Translations under genes and position numbers: made by a program
Source: Syntrophomonadaceae bacterium
GTDB taxonomy: Bacteria > Bacillota > Syntrophomonadia > Syntrophomonadales > Syntrophomonadaceae
Length of the DNA: 64,000 nt
Assembly: GCA_012729495.1 (NCBI GenBank)
Contig: JAAYCZ010000117.1
Span: forward strand, 989-64,988
Direction of reading: 5' to 3'
In this document: positions 36,727 through 46,162 of the stretch, in pieces
Numbering within the stretch: the stretch's first letter is position 1
How the letters are laid out: every line of letters begins with the position of its first letter
The notes under the pieces: generated by a model
Databases searched by the model: none
What the model was told of the DNA's origin: nothing
The model's input: only the letters and a program-made list of their open reading frames with translations

Positions 36727-38556
36727 ATGGCAGAGCAGATCAAAGTTAAAATTGTACCGGCAGAGGGTGAAACTTCCATCTATTGGACTTTGCCTGGCAA
36801 AACCGTCCAGCAGGTTCTGGAGATGGCCGGTTTGGAATCGGGTGGTTCCTGCGGAGGCAAGAAAAATTGCGGGAAATGCAAAGTCCGTGCCGAAGGAGGA
36901 GTAAGTCCGTTGGAAGAAAACGAACAGCAGCTGCTCATGCCGGAAGAGATAAGAAGCGGGGAGCGTCTGGCCTGTTATTGTACTATAACTGACGATACCA
37001 CCATCTATCTGGATTTAATGGCGCCGGATTATACCGTCAAAAAGCGGGTAATCAAATATAAACCGGGTCAGTATACCCGTAGTGGAGTTGAATATAAAAC
37101 ATTTTTTATACCCGGTCAGCAACAGGAATTGGGTTTGCCGCTGTTTGACCGTTTGCAGGCAGCCTTGCCGGAATATAAATTTGAACTCAGCCCGGACAAC
37201 CTCAACGAACTTCATAAAATAGATCGTCCCGGCCGGCCTGCCCTAGAACTACATGCGCTCGTATATGGGCGGACAGTATATCGGGTAGAACGGGAAAAAA
37301 AAGCAGCTTTGGCTTTGGCCCTTGATTTGGGTACAACCAGTCTCTTCGCGGCCCTGCTTGACCTGGAAAGCGGTGAAGTGCTGGCCACGGCATCGCAAAG
37401 CAATATGCAAAGGATTTATGGTCAGGATATGGTTTCCCGTCTGGCCTATGCCAAAGAACAGAGAGACGGTGAAATTTCTTTACATAAAATAATGATCAAT
37501 AATATTAATGCCATGATTGATGATATGGTCAGCCAAATCGGTCAGACCGCTGACAGGATATATAAGCTTTGTGCGGTCGGCAATCCGGTGATGCTGCACT
37601 TTTTTTTGGGTTTGAAAACCGACGGCTTTAATGCCGCTCCATTTAGCGGCTTATTTTCAACCTCGCTGGAAATTCCCGCCGCCCCGCTGGAGCTGCGCGT
37701 TAATCCCCTGGCACGGCTGCTGATTCCGCCTCAGCTGGGAGGATTTGTCGGCGCTGATATGACGGCTTGTCTGATAACGCTGCAAAACTGTTTTAATACA
37801 ACCTTTCTGCTTTGCGATGTCGGAACCAACAGTGAAATTGTAGTATGCAACCAGGGTGAAATCTGGACGAGTTCAGCAGCTGCCGGACCTGCCCTGGAAG
37901 GAGGAGCGCTGAACTGCGGCATGCGGGCCGCAGCGGGAGCCATAGAAAGATTCCGGATAAACAACGAAAAATTGGAATATCAGGTTATCGGCGGCACAGC
38001 CACAAAAGGGATCTGCGGCTCAGGTGTTGTTGACCTGCTGGCAGTTCTTTTGGCTAACGATTGTATAAACCAGGAAGGTACATTTACTGCCCGGGCAGAA
38101 GAGTATTTTCCTTTGCGAGAAGGTAATTATGGCCAGGAAATAGTTTTATTGGATCAGGCTGAAACAGCCACCAACACACCGCTGATTTTTACCCAGGAGG
38201 ACGTCCGCCAAATTCAGCTGGCCAAAGGGGCAATCAGAACTGCCATCGATATTTTAATGAAAAAAGCCCGCCTTAAGCCGTCTGAACTGAAAAATATATT
38301 TATTGCCGGCGCTTTTGGAAGTTATCTTGATGCTGAAAATCTCATTAAAATAGGCCTCCTCCCGGCAGTAAAACGCGAGAAAATTAAAAATATCGGCAAT
38401 GCTGCGGCAGAAGGTGCGATGATAACCTTGACTTCTAACACAGGTATGGCTGATGCTGATCAAATCAAAAAAAAGGTGCATCATGTTGAACTGGCCAACC
38501 AGCCTGATTTTCAGGAAAAATTTCTGCAAAATCTTAATTTTACCGCTGCAGATTAG
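36727..38556 (+). CDS. ASKHA-type ATPase with N-terminal [2Fe-2S] domain (RACo/DUF4445 corrinoid-activator family)
   Basis: CGGKKNCGKC...RLAC; DLGTT, YG.D..SR, GGFVGAD, DVGTNSE, AAGPALEG, GICGSG, QLAKGAI, AGAFG, GNAA..GA. Confidence 0.88.
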   Translation: MAEQIKVKIVPAEGETSIYWTLPGKTVQQVLEMAGLESGGSCGGKKNCGKCKVRAEGGVSPLEENEQQLLMPEEIRSGERLACYCTITDDTTIYLDLMAPDYTVKKRVIKYKPGQYTRSGVEYKTFFIPGQQQELGLPLFDRLQAALPEYKFELSPDNLNELHKIDRPGRPALELHALVYGRTVYRVEREKKAALALALDLGTTSLFAALLDLESGEVLATASQSNMQRIYGQDMVSRLAYAKEQRDGEISLHKIMINNINAMIDDMVSQIGQTADRIYKLCAVGNPVMLHFFLGLKTDGFNAAPFSGLFSTSLEIPAAPLELRVNPLARLLIPPQLGGFVGADMTACLITLQNCFNTTFLLCDVGTNSEIVVCNQGEIWTSSAAAGPALEGGALNCGMRAAAGAIERFRINNEKLEYQVIGGTATKGICGSGVVDLLAVLLANDCINQEGTFTARAEEYFPLREGNYGQEIVLLDQAETATNTPLIFTQEDVRQIQLAKGAIRTAIDILMKKARLKPSELKNIFIAGAFGSYLDAENLIKIGLLPAVKREKIKNIGNAAAEGAMITLTSNTGMADADQIKKKVHHVELANQPDFQEKFLQNLNFTAAD

Positions 38557-38859
38557 TTAGAAAATCTGATTGATTTTTTTTACATGATTCAAAAACGGGA
38601 GCGTAGTTTTAAAAGCACATTGCAATTTTATTCGTTTAAAAACAATATATTGAAGCGCTTGGGCGGGAGTTAATTGTATAAAAGTCTCCCATAAAGGATT
38701 AGGACCAATAATGCAGGATACTGGATCTGCAGTATAGAATAAATAGGCAGCATAGAAGTACAGCTGACAATTTATGGTGATTAAGTCTGGTTAGCAATTA
38801 TCAAGCATAGAACGTCTTTATGGAAAGCAAAAGATATTTTTAAACAGGAGGTAAAGCAA

Positions 38860-39618
38860 ATGAAACTTTCAGGCAAGGTAGCAGTTGTAACCGGGGGAGG
38901 AACTGGTATTGGTCAGGGCGCAGCGATTGCGCTGGCAGATGAAGGAGCGAAAGTAATGGTTTTGGGGCGCCGTCCCGAACCGCTTAATGAAACCGTGCAA
39001 CATATAGAAAAAGCAGGCGGTGAAGCGTTGGCTTGTCCTGCTGATTTGACCGATGCTGAACAGATCAGCAAGGCGGTGCAACTGCTGCAATCACGCTGGG
39101 GAAGAGCCGACGTACTGGTCAACAATGCCGGATCGGCCATGCGCAAACCCTTTATGAAAGTGACCATGGAAGAACTGGATGAGCTCTATCATATAGATTT
39201 GCGCAGCGTTTACGCCGTAACTCAGGCGTTCGTGCCGATGCTGAAAGAGGATGGAGGAGGCAGTATTATCAATATTTCCTCTATTCTAGGGGTTCTGGGC
39301 AGTGCTCAGTCTACCGCCTATTGTGCCATGAAAGGCGGGGTGGTAAATCTGACCCGGGCCATGGCCGCCGAACTGGGGCCGGATATAAGGGTTAATTGTC
39401 TGTGTCCGTCGCATATAGTCACGCCCATGATGCAAGGTGAAATTGATCGTCTGGAAGCGGCAGGCAAGATGGATAAACTCAATCGTCTTTTCCCGATGAA
39501 ACGGGTAGGATATCCGCAGGATATGAACGGCGCGATTGTTTTCTTTGCCTCGCCTGATTCAGCCTGGATAACCGGCAATTACCTAATGATTGACGGCGGA
39601 TTGTCATGTTATGTATAA
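38860..39618 (+). CDS. short-chain dehydrogenase/reductase (SDR)
   Basis: TGGGTGIG, NNAG, S...Y...K (YCAMK), IDGG. Confidence 0.92.
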   Translation: MKLSGKVAVVTGGGTGIGQGAAIALADEGAKVMVLGRRPEPLNETVQHIEKAGGEALACPADLTDAEQISKAVQLLQSRWGRADVLVNNAGSAMRKPFMKVTMEELDELYHIDLRSVYAVTQAFVPMLKEDGGGSIINISSILGVLGSAQSTAYCAMKGGVVNLTRAMAAELGPDIRVNCLCPSHIVTPMMQGEIDRLEAAGKMDKLNRLFPMKRVGYPQDMNGAIVFFASPDSAWITGNYLMIDGGLSCYV

Positions 39619-40137
39619 AGCATTAATACCTGAAGTTATAATAACTATAGAATATGAGATTTTTGCACAAACTACTGCCTAAACTAACATGGATGATTCA
39701 GAATCTTTATCATCCCTATAGATTTTTGCATAATAAACTAATGCCCCAACCCGGTTCAGTATATTGTTGCTTAAAGAAAAGAACGGTTTATTATTTTTTT
39801 CTAAGTGCATTGAGATAATTATTTCAAAACTATACAGATTCTTAATAGAGGATTTTGCATAATTAACTCGTTTTAAATTATCATGTAACTTTGAAATGTT
39901 AATTTATTGCATTCAAAATGGTGATAATAGTATATGCATCCCGCACCTTCCGGATGGGTTTACTGCAAGTTTAGCATTAACCTGACTATCCAGGTGCGGG
40001 TTTTATTTTAAAATTCTCTTTAACACTGTAATGCCTGGCTCACTTGTTTACTCCGAAGATTAAGAAAACCTTGCTTAATCTCTTTGAAAATGCCTAAAAT
40101 GTAAAAGTGATTAATTGAGCCGGGGGAGGCTATTAAT

Positions 40138-40905
40138 ATGCTGGTTGATTACCACGTTCATGCCCTGGCCCATGGCGAATACGAAGCAGATCAAGCCTGG
40201 CTCAGCGCATTTGTAGATAAAGCCTGCCAGATGGGAATAATTGAAATGGGCTTCAGCGAACACGATGAATTCATTGCCGGATTGGATCTGGATATATTTC
40301 AAAAACTAAAAATGGAACGTCAGAGTGATATTAGTCTTCGCCTGGGCATTGAAATTGATTACATACCCGGAATTGAGAGTGATCTGATACACAAGTTATC
40401 CCAGGCGGATTATGATTATTCGATTGGTTCGATACATTATATAGATGGCTGGGCCTTTGATCATCCTGATCATAAACAGGGCTTTTTTAATCAGGATATT
40501 GATGAAATATATATCCGCTACGCTCAAATACTATTGCAAATGGTTACCAGCAGGTTGTTTGATATCGTTGGACATATAGATCTGGTCAAAATTTGGGGTC
40601 ATCGCCCGCAGCGAAAAAAAGCCGTGGATTATTTGCTTCCGGTTGTGCAAGCAATAAAAAGAACCGGCATGGTAGTAGAAATAAACAGTGCCGGTTTAAG
40701 AAAGCCGGTGGGAGAACTATATCCGGCAGGTGATTTGCTGGCTTTACTTTATTCCATGAATATACCGGTTACTTTGGGGTCTGATGCGCATCATCCGCAG
40801 CAGATGGGAGAGGGGCTCGAAGAGGCCCGGGCAGCAGCCAGAAGGGCGGGTTACAGAACGGTGATTGGTTTTGAAAAACATCGCCCCACATCTATACTTT
40901 TGTAA
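40138..40905 (+). CDS. PHP-family histidinol-phosphatase (HisJ/HisK-like)
   Basis: DYHVH, FSEH, GIEIDY, GSIH, GHID.VK, EINSAG.RKP..E.YP, GSDAH. Confidence 0.85.
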   Translation: MLVDYHVHALAHGEYEADQAWLSAFVDKACQMGIIEMGFSEHDEFIAGLDLDIFQKLKMERQSDISLRLGIEIDYIPGIESDLIHKLSQADYDYSIGSIHYIDGWAFDHPDHKQGFFNQDIDEIYIRYAQILLQMVTSRLFDIVGHIDLVKIWGHRPQRKKAVDYLLPVVQAIKRTGMVVEINSAGLRKPVGELYPAGDLLALLYSMNIPVTLGSDAHHPQQMGEGLEEARAAARRAGYRTVIGFEKHRPTSILL

Positions 40906-40926
40906 TCATATAAAGGAGTCGTTTAA

Positions 40927-41937
40927 ATGAGTGAAATTGCCTTTTTGCTATTAAGCCTGGGAATTATTCTGGTAGCCGCTGAATTGTTTGTTAATGGAGT
41001 GGAATGGCTGGGAAAAATATTCAATCTTTCCGAAGGTGCCGTAGGCAGTGTTTTAGCTGCAGTCGGAACTGCTCTACCGGAAACGATTATTCCTATTATT
41101 GCCTTGCTTTTTAATCGTGAAACGGGCGGCCATGAGATTGGCATCGGTGCAATTTTAGGTGCCCCCTTGATGCTTTCTACCTTGGCCATGTTTGTAACCG
41201 GAATGGCCGTGGTAATATTCAGAAGAAGACGAAAATCCGGCATGAAAGTGGTCGGTGACTATTCAACCATGAGCAGGGACCTGGGCTTTTTCATTATCAT
41301 TTTTAGTGCTGCAGTACTGGCCGGTATGCTGCCGCCGTCATTACGCATCTACCAGCTGATTATAGGAATGATACTGGTTTTTGCCTATATCTGGTATGTG
41401 CATCAAATGTTGACGCAAGAGCGGGATATAAGTGACGAAGAAGAAATACCCGCCTGCTATTTTGCCAGAAAATATGATTATCCGCCCCTGTACAGAGTAC
41501 TGTTTCAGGTGGTTATAGCGCTGGCTTTGATTATCGTCGGAGCCCAACTGTTTGTGGATTCAATTACCGAAGTAGCATCCATTTACGGTATCCATGCCTT
41601 CGTCCTGTCAATTATCATTACCCCTATAGCAACTGAATTACCGGAGAAATTTAACAGTGTTATATGGGTATCACGCGGCAAAGACACACTGGCCCTGGGC
41701 AATATAACCGGCGCAATGGTATTTCAGAGTTCTTTGATTCCGGCTCTCGGTATATTTCTTACCGACTGGCAACTGACCAGTTCGGCCATGTTATCAGCAG
41801 GTCTGGCTATAGCTGCATCTTTACTGCTTTTTATCGAACTGAGAAGTAAAAAACACATAAGTGCAACCATGCTGCTGATAAGCGGGTTATTTTATTTACT
41901 GTTCTTAGCGGCGGTATTCAATGGGATCATTAATTAA
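40927..41937 (+). CDS. sodium:calcium antiporter family membrane protein
   Basis: Two alpha-repeats GTALPE and ATELPE, GNITGA; about 10 TM segments. Confidence 0.85.
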   Translation: MSEIAFLLLSLGIILVAAELFVNGVEWLGKIFNLSEGAVGSVLAAVGTALPETIIPIIALLFNRETGGHEIGIGAILGAPLMLSTLAMFVTGMAVVIFRRRRKSGMKVVGDYSTMSRDLGFFIIIFSAAVLAGMLPPSLRIYQLIIGMILVFAYIWYVHQMLTQERDISDEEEIPACYFARKYDYPPLYRVLFQVVIALALIIVGAQLFVDSITEVASIYGIHAFVLSIIITPIATELPEKFNSVIWVSRGKDTLALGNITGAMVFQSSLIPALGIFLTDWQLTSSAMLSAGLAIAASLLLFIELRSKKHISATMLLISGLFYLLFLAAVFNGIIN

Positions 41938-41987
41938 AATCCTCAACCATAAAAACCATCAACAGATAAACATAATTATTGGACAGC

Positions 41988-42018
41988 AAATAGCCGGAAC
42001 TTTGGGTTCCGGCTATTT
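41988..42018. terminator. intrinsic terminator, duplicated at 42167-42190
   Basis: AAATAGCCGGAAC-tttgg-GTTCCGGCTATTT. Confidence 0.8.
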
Positions 42019-42166
42019 AATGTCGATAAAGTCTAAGATCATCAGAGCGAGCAAAAAAGGCGAAGAGCAAGGCTTGTAAAAAGCCCGCGATTGAGGCGTA
42101 CATATGGTACGCCGACTGAACGGGCTTTTTACATAACGTAGCTATTCTTCTTTTTTGTCGCTCTGA
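42016..42166. mobile_element. non-autonomous palindromic element between 24-bp direct repeats
   Basis: AGCCGGAACTTTGGGTTCCGGCTA at 41992-42015 and 42167-42190; internal hairpin TCAGAGCGA..TGTAAAAAGCCCG..GGCGTAC/GTACGCC..CGGGCTTTTTACA..TCGCTCTGA. Confidence 0.72.
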
Positions 42167-42266
42167 AGCCGGAACTTTGGGTTCCGGCTAAATTATTTGC
42201 TATACTGCTAATCCCAGCATCTGTTGGGCTTCAATTTGGGAATATTATGACGGTCGTTGCGATGGT

Positions 42267-42515
42267 TTAAATTGCTGATTTTAGCATCTGTGGGGCTTCA
42301 GCCTGATGCTTTTTATAATACAGGTCATAGGCAGTTTTCCATCTTTCCTGCTCTTCAGCCCTCTTCTTAGCTACAAAAACTTTACACTTGGCATGTTTGA
42401 TGCGCGCCTCGCGCTCCAACATAATAAGCGCCACATGAAATGCGAGATACATGGCACCTAGAACGACAAAATACATACCGGTATAAACAAGGAATATTCT
42501 TTGCAGTTCAGTCAT
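42267..42515 (-). CDS. small single-TM membrane protein
   Basis: AAGGAG RBS; TM segment IFLVYTGMYFVVLGAMYLAFHVALIML followed by a charged tail. Confidence 0.7.
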   Translation of the reverse strand: MTELQRIFLVYTGMYFVVLGAMYLAFHVALIMLEREARIKHAKCKVFVAKKRAEEQERWKTAYDLYYKKHQAEAPQMLKSAI

Positions 42516-42584
42516 AAAGAACGCTCCTTTCTTTTATAGTTAAAAATTAAAAACGATAATTTATTTATCGATTATCGATATTTT

Positions 42585-42683
42585 TTAAACATCCAGCCAT
42601 ACTTTTTGGAAAACATAGAGGGTGCTTAATGTTCCGCTAATGAAGGTAAGAGCGATTGCTAATGCTACTAATAAGCCTGCCAT
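42585..42683 (-). CDS. 32-aa hydrophobic peptide (not in ORF track)
   Basis: GGAGGAGG RBS 9 nt upstream; MAGLLVALAIALTFISGTLSTLYVFQKVWLDV; TTGCTA-N17-TATGAT promoter with extended TG upstream. Confidence 0.6.
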   Translation of the reverse strand: MAGLLVALAIALTFISGTLSTLYVFQKVWLDV

Positions 42684-42839
42684 AAGCCATGACCTCCTCC
42701 CTGAACCTATTAAACTCACAACCTATTAACATATTATGATAATATCATAGCAGGATGTCATCAAAATAGCAAAACATAATAATAAAAGCATGGGAACGTT
42801 TTCGAGAGATATGAAAGTATATTTTGAAAATTTGGGCAA

Positions 42840-42890
42840 AAACAAAGAAAAGCCGAATGAAAAATTTTCTCATTCGGCTTTTCTTTGTTT
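42840..42890. terminator. long perfect-stem terminator downstream of the RHH gene
   Basis: AAACAAAGAAAAGCCGAATGA...TCATTCGGCTTTTCTTTGTTT. Confidence 0.8.
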
Positions 42891-42945
42891 CCGCTCAAAA
42901 GATTTAGTTATGATTTAGTTAGAATTTAATTAGCTGGGCTTATTC

Positions 42946-43134
42946 TTATTTATCGTCATTCAATTCCTTTTCCAGCATATCAATATTGCCTTCGAAATGT
43001 TGGCGCCATTCTTCCAGATATTCTTCGATCAGCTTTCTTACCAATCGTGATTTGGTTACAGCCTGATCCGCACATGCAAACCGCAATTCACGATCAATTT
43101 CTTCCGGGACAACCACAGAAATGTACTTAAGCAT
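42946..43134 (-). CDS. ribbon-helix-helix (CopG-like) DNA-binding protein
   Basis: Beta strand KYISVVVP, helices EEIDRELRFAC and KSRLVRKLIEEYL; AAGGAGG RBS. Confidence 0.75.
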   Translation of the reverse strand: MLKYISVVVPEEIDRELRFACADQAVTKSRLVRKLIEEYLEEWRQHFEGNIDMLEKELNDDK

Positions 43135-43712
43135 AAATCCTGCCTCCTTTCAATAGTCTGATACGTACAATCCCTCTGATATTATTGTATTAGATATAAG
43201 CGGTTGTATACAATCACCTAAACCTATTATGCTGTTTAAGAAGTTCATTTCGCATTGTTAAAGGCATGAGGAATCTTTATTTGTACTAGTTATCACAAGT
43301 GCAATCAAAGCACGATAACTTTAATAAGCTGTTAACCTTACAGAATAGGGAGATGAGATGATAATATCCTAATATTTATTTTGTTGTTATTACGGGATAA
43401 AATCATGTGCGACAAAATATCCACCTAAATAGTACTAATATACTTAAAAAATGTCCAACAGAGAAATATATAATAACATAATAAGATAATATGATGATAT
43501 GTAATAACGAACAAAAAATGGAATTAAAGCCTTCGATTATTCAGGAGATTAAAGCTTTCAACTATTCAGAATAAATAAAATATGCATTTTGCAACGTTTT
43601 TATATACAATATTATTTGGGTGTTTATCTTTACAACTTTCCGATAAAGTTTGATAATTGATTAAGTTTAAGGTTTATTTGGAAATAATTTTGAATTTTGT
43701 GTTGAAAGATGC

Positions 43713-43730
43713 TTGTTATAACTATAAAAA
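43713..43730. promoter_or_regulatory. Rex-like operator upstream of the stn-like operon
   Basis: TTGTTAT-aact-ATAAAAA, one mismatch from the palindrome TTGTTAT-N4-ATAACAA; downstream of TTTACA-N17-GATAAT (43629-43657). Confidence 0.5.
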
Positions 43731-43846
43731 ACCTTTAATTATATTTCATCGTTTGGATGTGTAACGGAATCATTATTGTTTATAACCAGGGCAAGCCAGC
43801 ATTCCTGTCTTGCGGTGGTAATTTATAACGGAAAGGGGTGTTCTCC

Positions 43847-44395
43847 ATGACCTGCTCCTGTCAGGCGGAAAATAAAATGGAGAAACAATTTGTTCAGGCC
43901 GACGTAGACTTGCATTTGATGGATGATGTCCTAAGTTTGTATAGTCAGGAAGCCGGCAATCTCATCACGGTGCTGCAAAAAGCGCAGGATATCTATGGAT
44001 ACCTGCCGCTGTCGGTGTTGCAGCATATTGCGGACGGACTTGGTGTAAAACGTGCCCAAGTATATGGCGTGGCCACTTTTTACACTCAATTTCGCTTAAC
44101 GGCAATGGGAAAATATATTATTTTGCTGTGTGAAGGGACTGCCTGTCACGTCAACGGATCGGAACGAATTGCTACAGCGTTGGAAGAGGAATTGAAAGTA
44201 GCTATGGGTGAAACAACTGAGGATGGATTATTTACTTTATCCGATGCCGCCTGCCTTGGTTGCTGCAGCCTTGCGCCGGTTATGATGATTAATGGACGTG
44301 CTTACGGACCGCTGACTCCAGACAAAGCCTGTGCAATTATTCGTGATATTTACAAGTCTGAGAAACAGCTGGCTGAGGGAGGGGTCACAGCATGA
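43847..44395 (+). CDS. NuoE/HydC-like [2Fe-2S] subunit (StnA-like)
   Basis: LQKAQ..YGYLP, GVATFY.QF, C.GTAC, ACLGCC.LAP. Confidence 0.9.
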   Translation: MTCSCQAENKMEKQFVQADVDLHLMDDVLSLYSQEAGNLITVLQKAQDIYGYLPLSVLQHIADGLGVKRAQVYGVATFYTQFRLTAMGKYIILLCEGTACHVNGSERIATALEEELKVAMGETTEDGLFTLSDAACLGCCSLAPVMMINGRAYGPLTPDKACAIIRDIYKSEKQLAEGGVTA

Positions 44396-46149
44396 TTATT
44401 AAAATAGGTATTGGCAGCTGTGGTATTGCTGCCGGCGCTTTGCCGGTCTGGGATGCAGTACAGGAAGAGATCACAGCTCAGGGGCGAGATATAAAACTGG
44501 AACAGACCGGCTGCATCGGTATGTGTCACCATGAACCCCTGCTGGAAATGATATATGATGACGGACGGGCCTATATGTTTGGGCATGTTACTCCCGAAAT
44601 TGCCAGGGAAATCATGCAATCTGAACATCCCGAAACCCTCGAAAAATACCTGGTCTCCACCCCGGAGCAAAGTAATGATTTTCTTTCCCGGCAGGTGCGT
44701 ATAGCTTTGCGTAATTGCGGTCAAATAGATCCTGAATCGATAGACGATTATATAAAAACGGGCGGCTATAAAGCCTTGGAAAGTGTTATTAAAAACAACA
44801 ATCCGGAAGCGGTAATAGAACAGATAAAAATATCCGGACTTCGTGGCAGGGGCGGTGCAGGTTTCCCGACCTGGTTTAAATGGAATGCCACACGCGCAGA
44901 AAAAAATCCGCAAAAATACGTAGTATGTAATGCTGATGAAGGCGATCCGGGAGCTTTTATGGACCGCAGCGTTCTTGAGGGCGATCCCCATTCTCTGCTG
45001 GAAGGTATGGCCATAGCCGGTTATGCCATCGGCGCGCAGCGTGGCATCATTTATGCCCGAGCGGAGTATCCGCTGGCCGTCAAGCGCATAGAGAACGCCA
45101 TCCAACAGGCTCGCGAAAAAAACATTTTGGGTGACAATATTTTCGGCAGCAATTATTCCTATGACATCATTGTTAAACAAGGTGCCGGCGCTTTTGTCTG
45201 CGGTGAGGAAACTGCCCTGATCGCATCATTGGAAGGCGAACGCGGTATGCCCAGACTCAAACCGCCTTTCCCGTCCCAGCGTGGCTACTGGCAGAAGCCT
45301 ACTAATATTAATAACGTTGAAACCCTGGCCAACGTTCCCTGGATTATTCAGCATGGCGGCGACGCATTTGCGGCTATGGGTACGGAAGACAGCAAGGGAA
45401 CCAAAGTTTTTGCTTTGGCAGGTAAAATTAAACGGGGCGGTTTGGTTGAAGTACCAATGGGAATCAGCTTGCGGGAAGTTATCTTTGGTCTCGGTGGAGG
45501 CATTAAAGATGATCGTAAATTCAAGGCCGTACAGTTGGGGGGACCGTCCGGAGGTTGTATCCCGGAAAGTCTGCTGGACACTCCGGTTGACTATAAATCC
45601 ATCAGCAACACCGGAGCGATAATGGGTTCCGGCGGCATGGTCGTCATGGACGAAAGAACCTGTATGGTCGACCTGGCTCGTTTCTTTCTTAACTTTACCC
45701 AGAAAGAATCCTGCGGCAAATGTGTGCAATGCCGCATCGGTACTAAACGGATGCTGGAGATACTTAACCGTATCTGCAAAGGCGAAGGGAAAGACGGGGA
45801 CATCGAACTGCTTGAAAATCTGGGCCAGCAAATCATTGCCGGTTCATTGTGCGGACTGGGACAGAGCGCACCCAATCCGGTTTTGACTACGATTCGTTAT
45901 TTCCGGGAAGAATACGAAGCCCACATTAATGATAAAAAATGCCCGGCGCACCAATGCAAGGATTTGATCACTTACCGGATCGATCCGGAACTCTGCAAGG
46001 GCTGCGGTCTTTGTGCCAAAAAATGTCCGGTTGGCTGTATCAGCGGCGAAAAGAAACAGCCTTATGTAATTGAGCAAAGTAAATGTATAAAATGCGGCAG
46101 CTGCTGGGAGGCATGTCCTTCCAAATGGAGCGCCGTAATCGTTGAATAG
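44392..46149 (+). CDS. NuoF/HydB-like FMN/NADH subunit with C-terminal 2x[4Fe-4S] (StnB-like)
   Basis: GLRGRGGAGFP, CNADEGDPGAFMDR, GAFVCGEETAL, GGPSGG, ESCGKC..CR, two CxxCxxCxxxCP. Confidence 0.92.
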   Translation: MIIKIGIGSCGIAAGALPVWDAVQEEITAQGRDIKLEQTGCIGMCHHEPLLEMIYDDGRAYMFGHVTPEIAREIMQSEHPETLEKYLVSTPEQSNDFLSRQVRIALRNCGQIDPESIDDYIKTGGYKALESVIKNNNPEAVIEQIKISGLRGRGGAGFPTWFKWNATRAEKNPQKYVVCNADEGDPGAFMDRSVLEGDPHSLLEGMAIAGYAIGAQRGIIYARAEYPLAVKRIENAIQQAREKNILGDNIFGSNYSYDIIVKQGAGAFVCGEETALIASLEGERGMPRLKPPFPSQRGYWQKPTNINNVETLANVPWIIQHGGDAFAAMGTEDSKGTKVFALAGKIKRGGLVEVPMGISLREVIFGLGGGIKDDRKFKAVQLGGPSGGCIPESLLDTPVDYKSISNTGAIMGSGGMVVMDERTCMVDLARFFLNFTQKESCGKCVQCRIGTKRMLEILNRICKGEGKDGDIELLENLGQQIIAGSLCGLGQSAPNPVLTTIRYFREEYEAHINDKKCPAHQCKDLITYRIDPELCKGCGLCAKKCPVGCISGEKKQPYVIEQSKCIKCGSCWEACPSKWSAVIVE

Positions 46150-46162
46150 AGGAGGGATGAAG

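Noticed and set aside
39657-39868. Possible CRISPR array or sigma-54 promoters
   Set aside because: Repeats are degenerate and irregularly spaced, there are no cas genes, and no TGGC -24 element precedes TTGCA
44350-45831. Long antisense ORFs (276 aa, 201 aa) opposite the NuoF-like gene, and similar ones opposite other genes
   Set aside because: They lie fully on the opposite strand of well-supported genes and show no motifs or RBS
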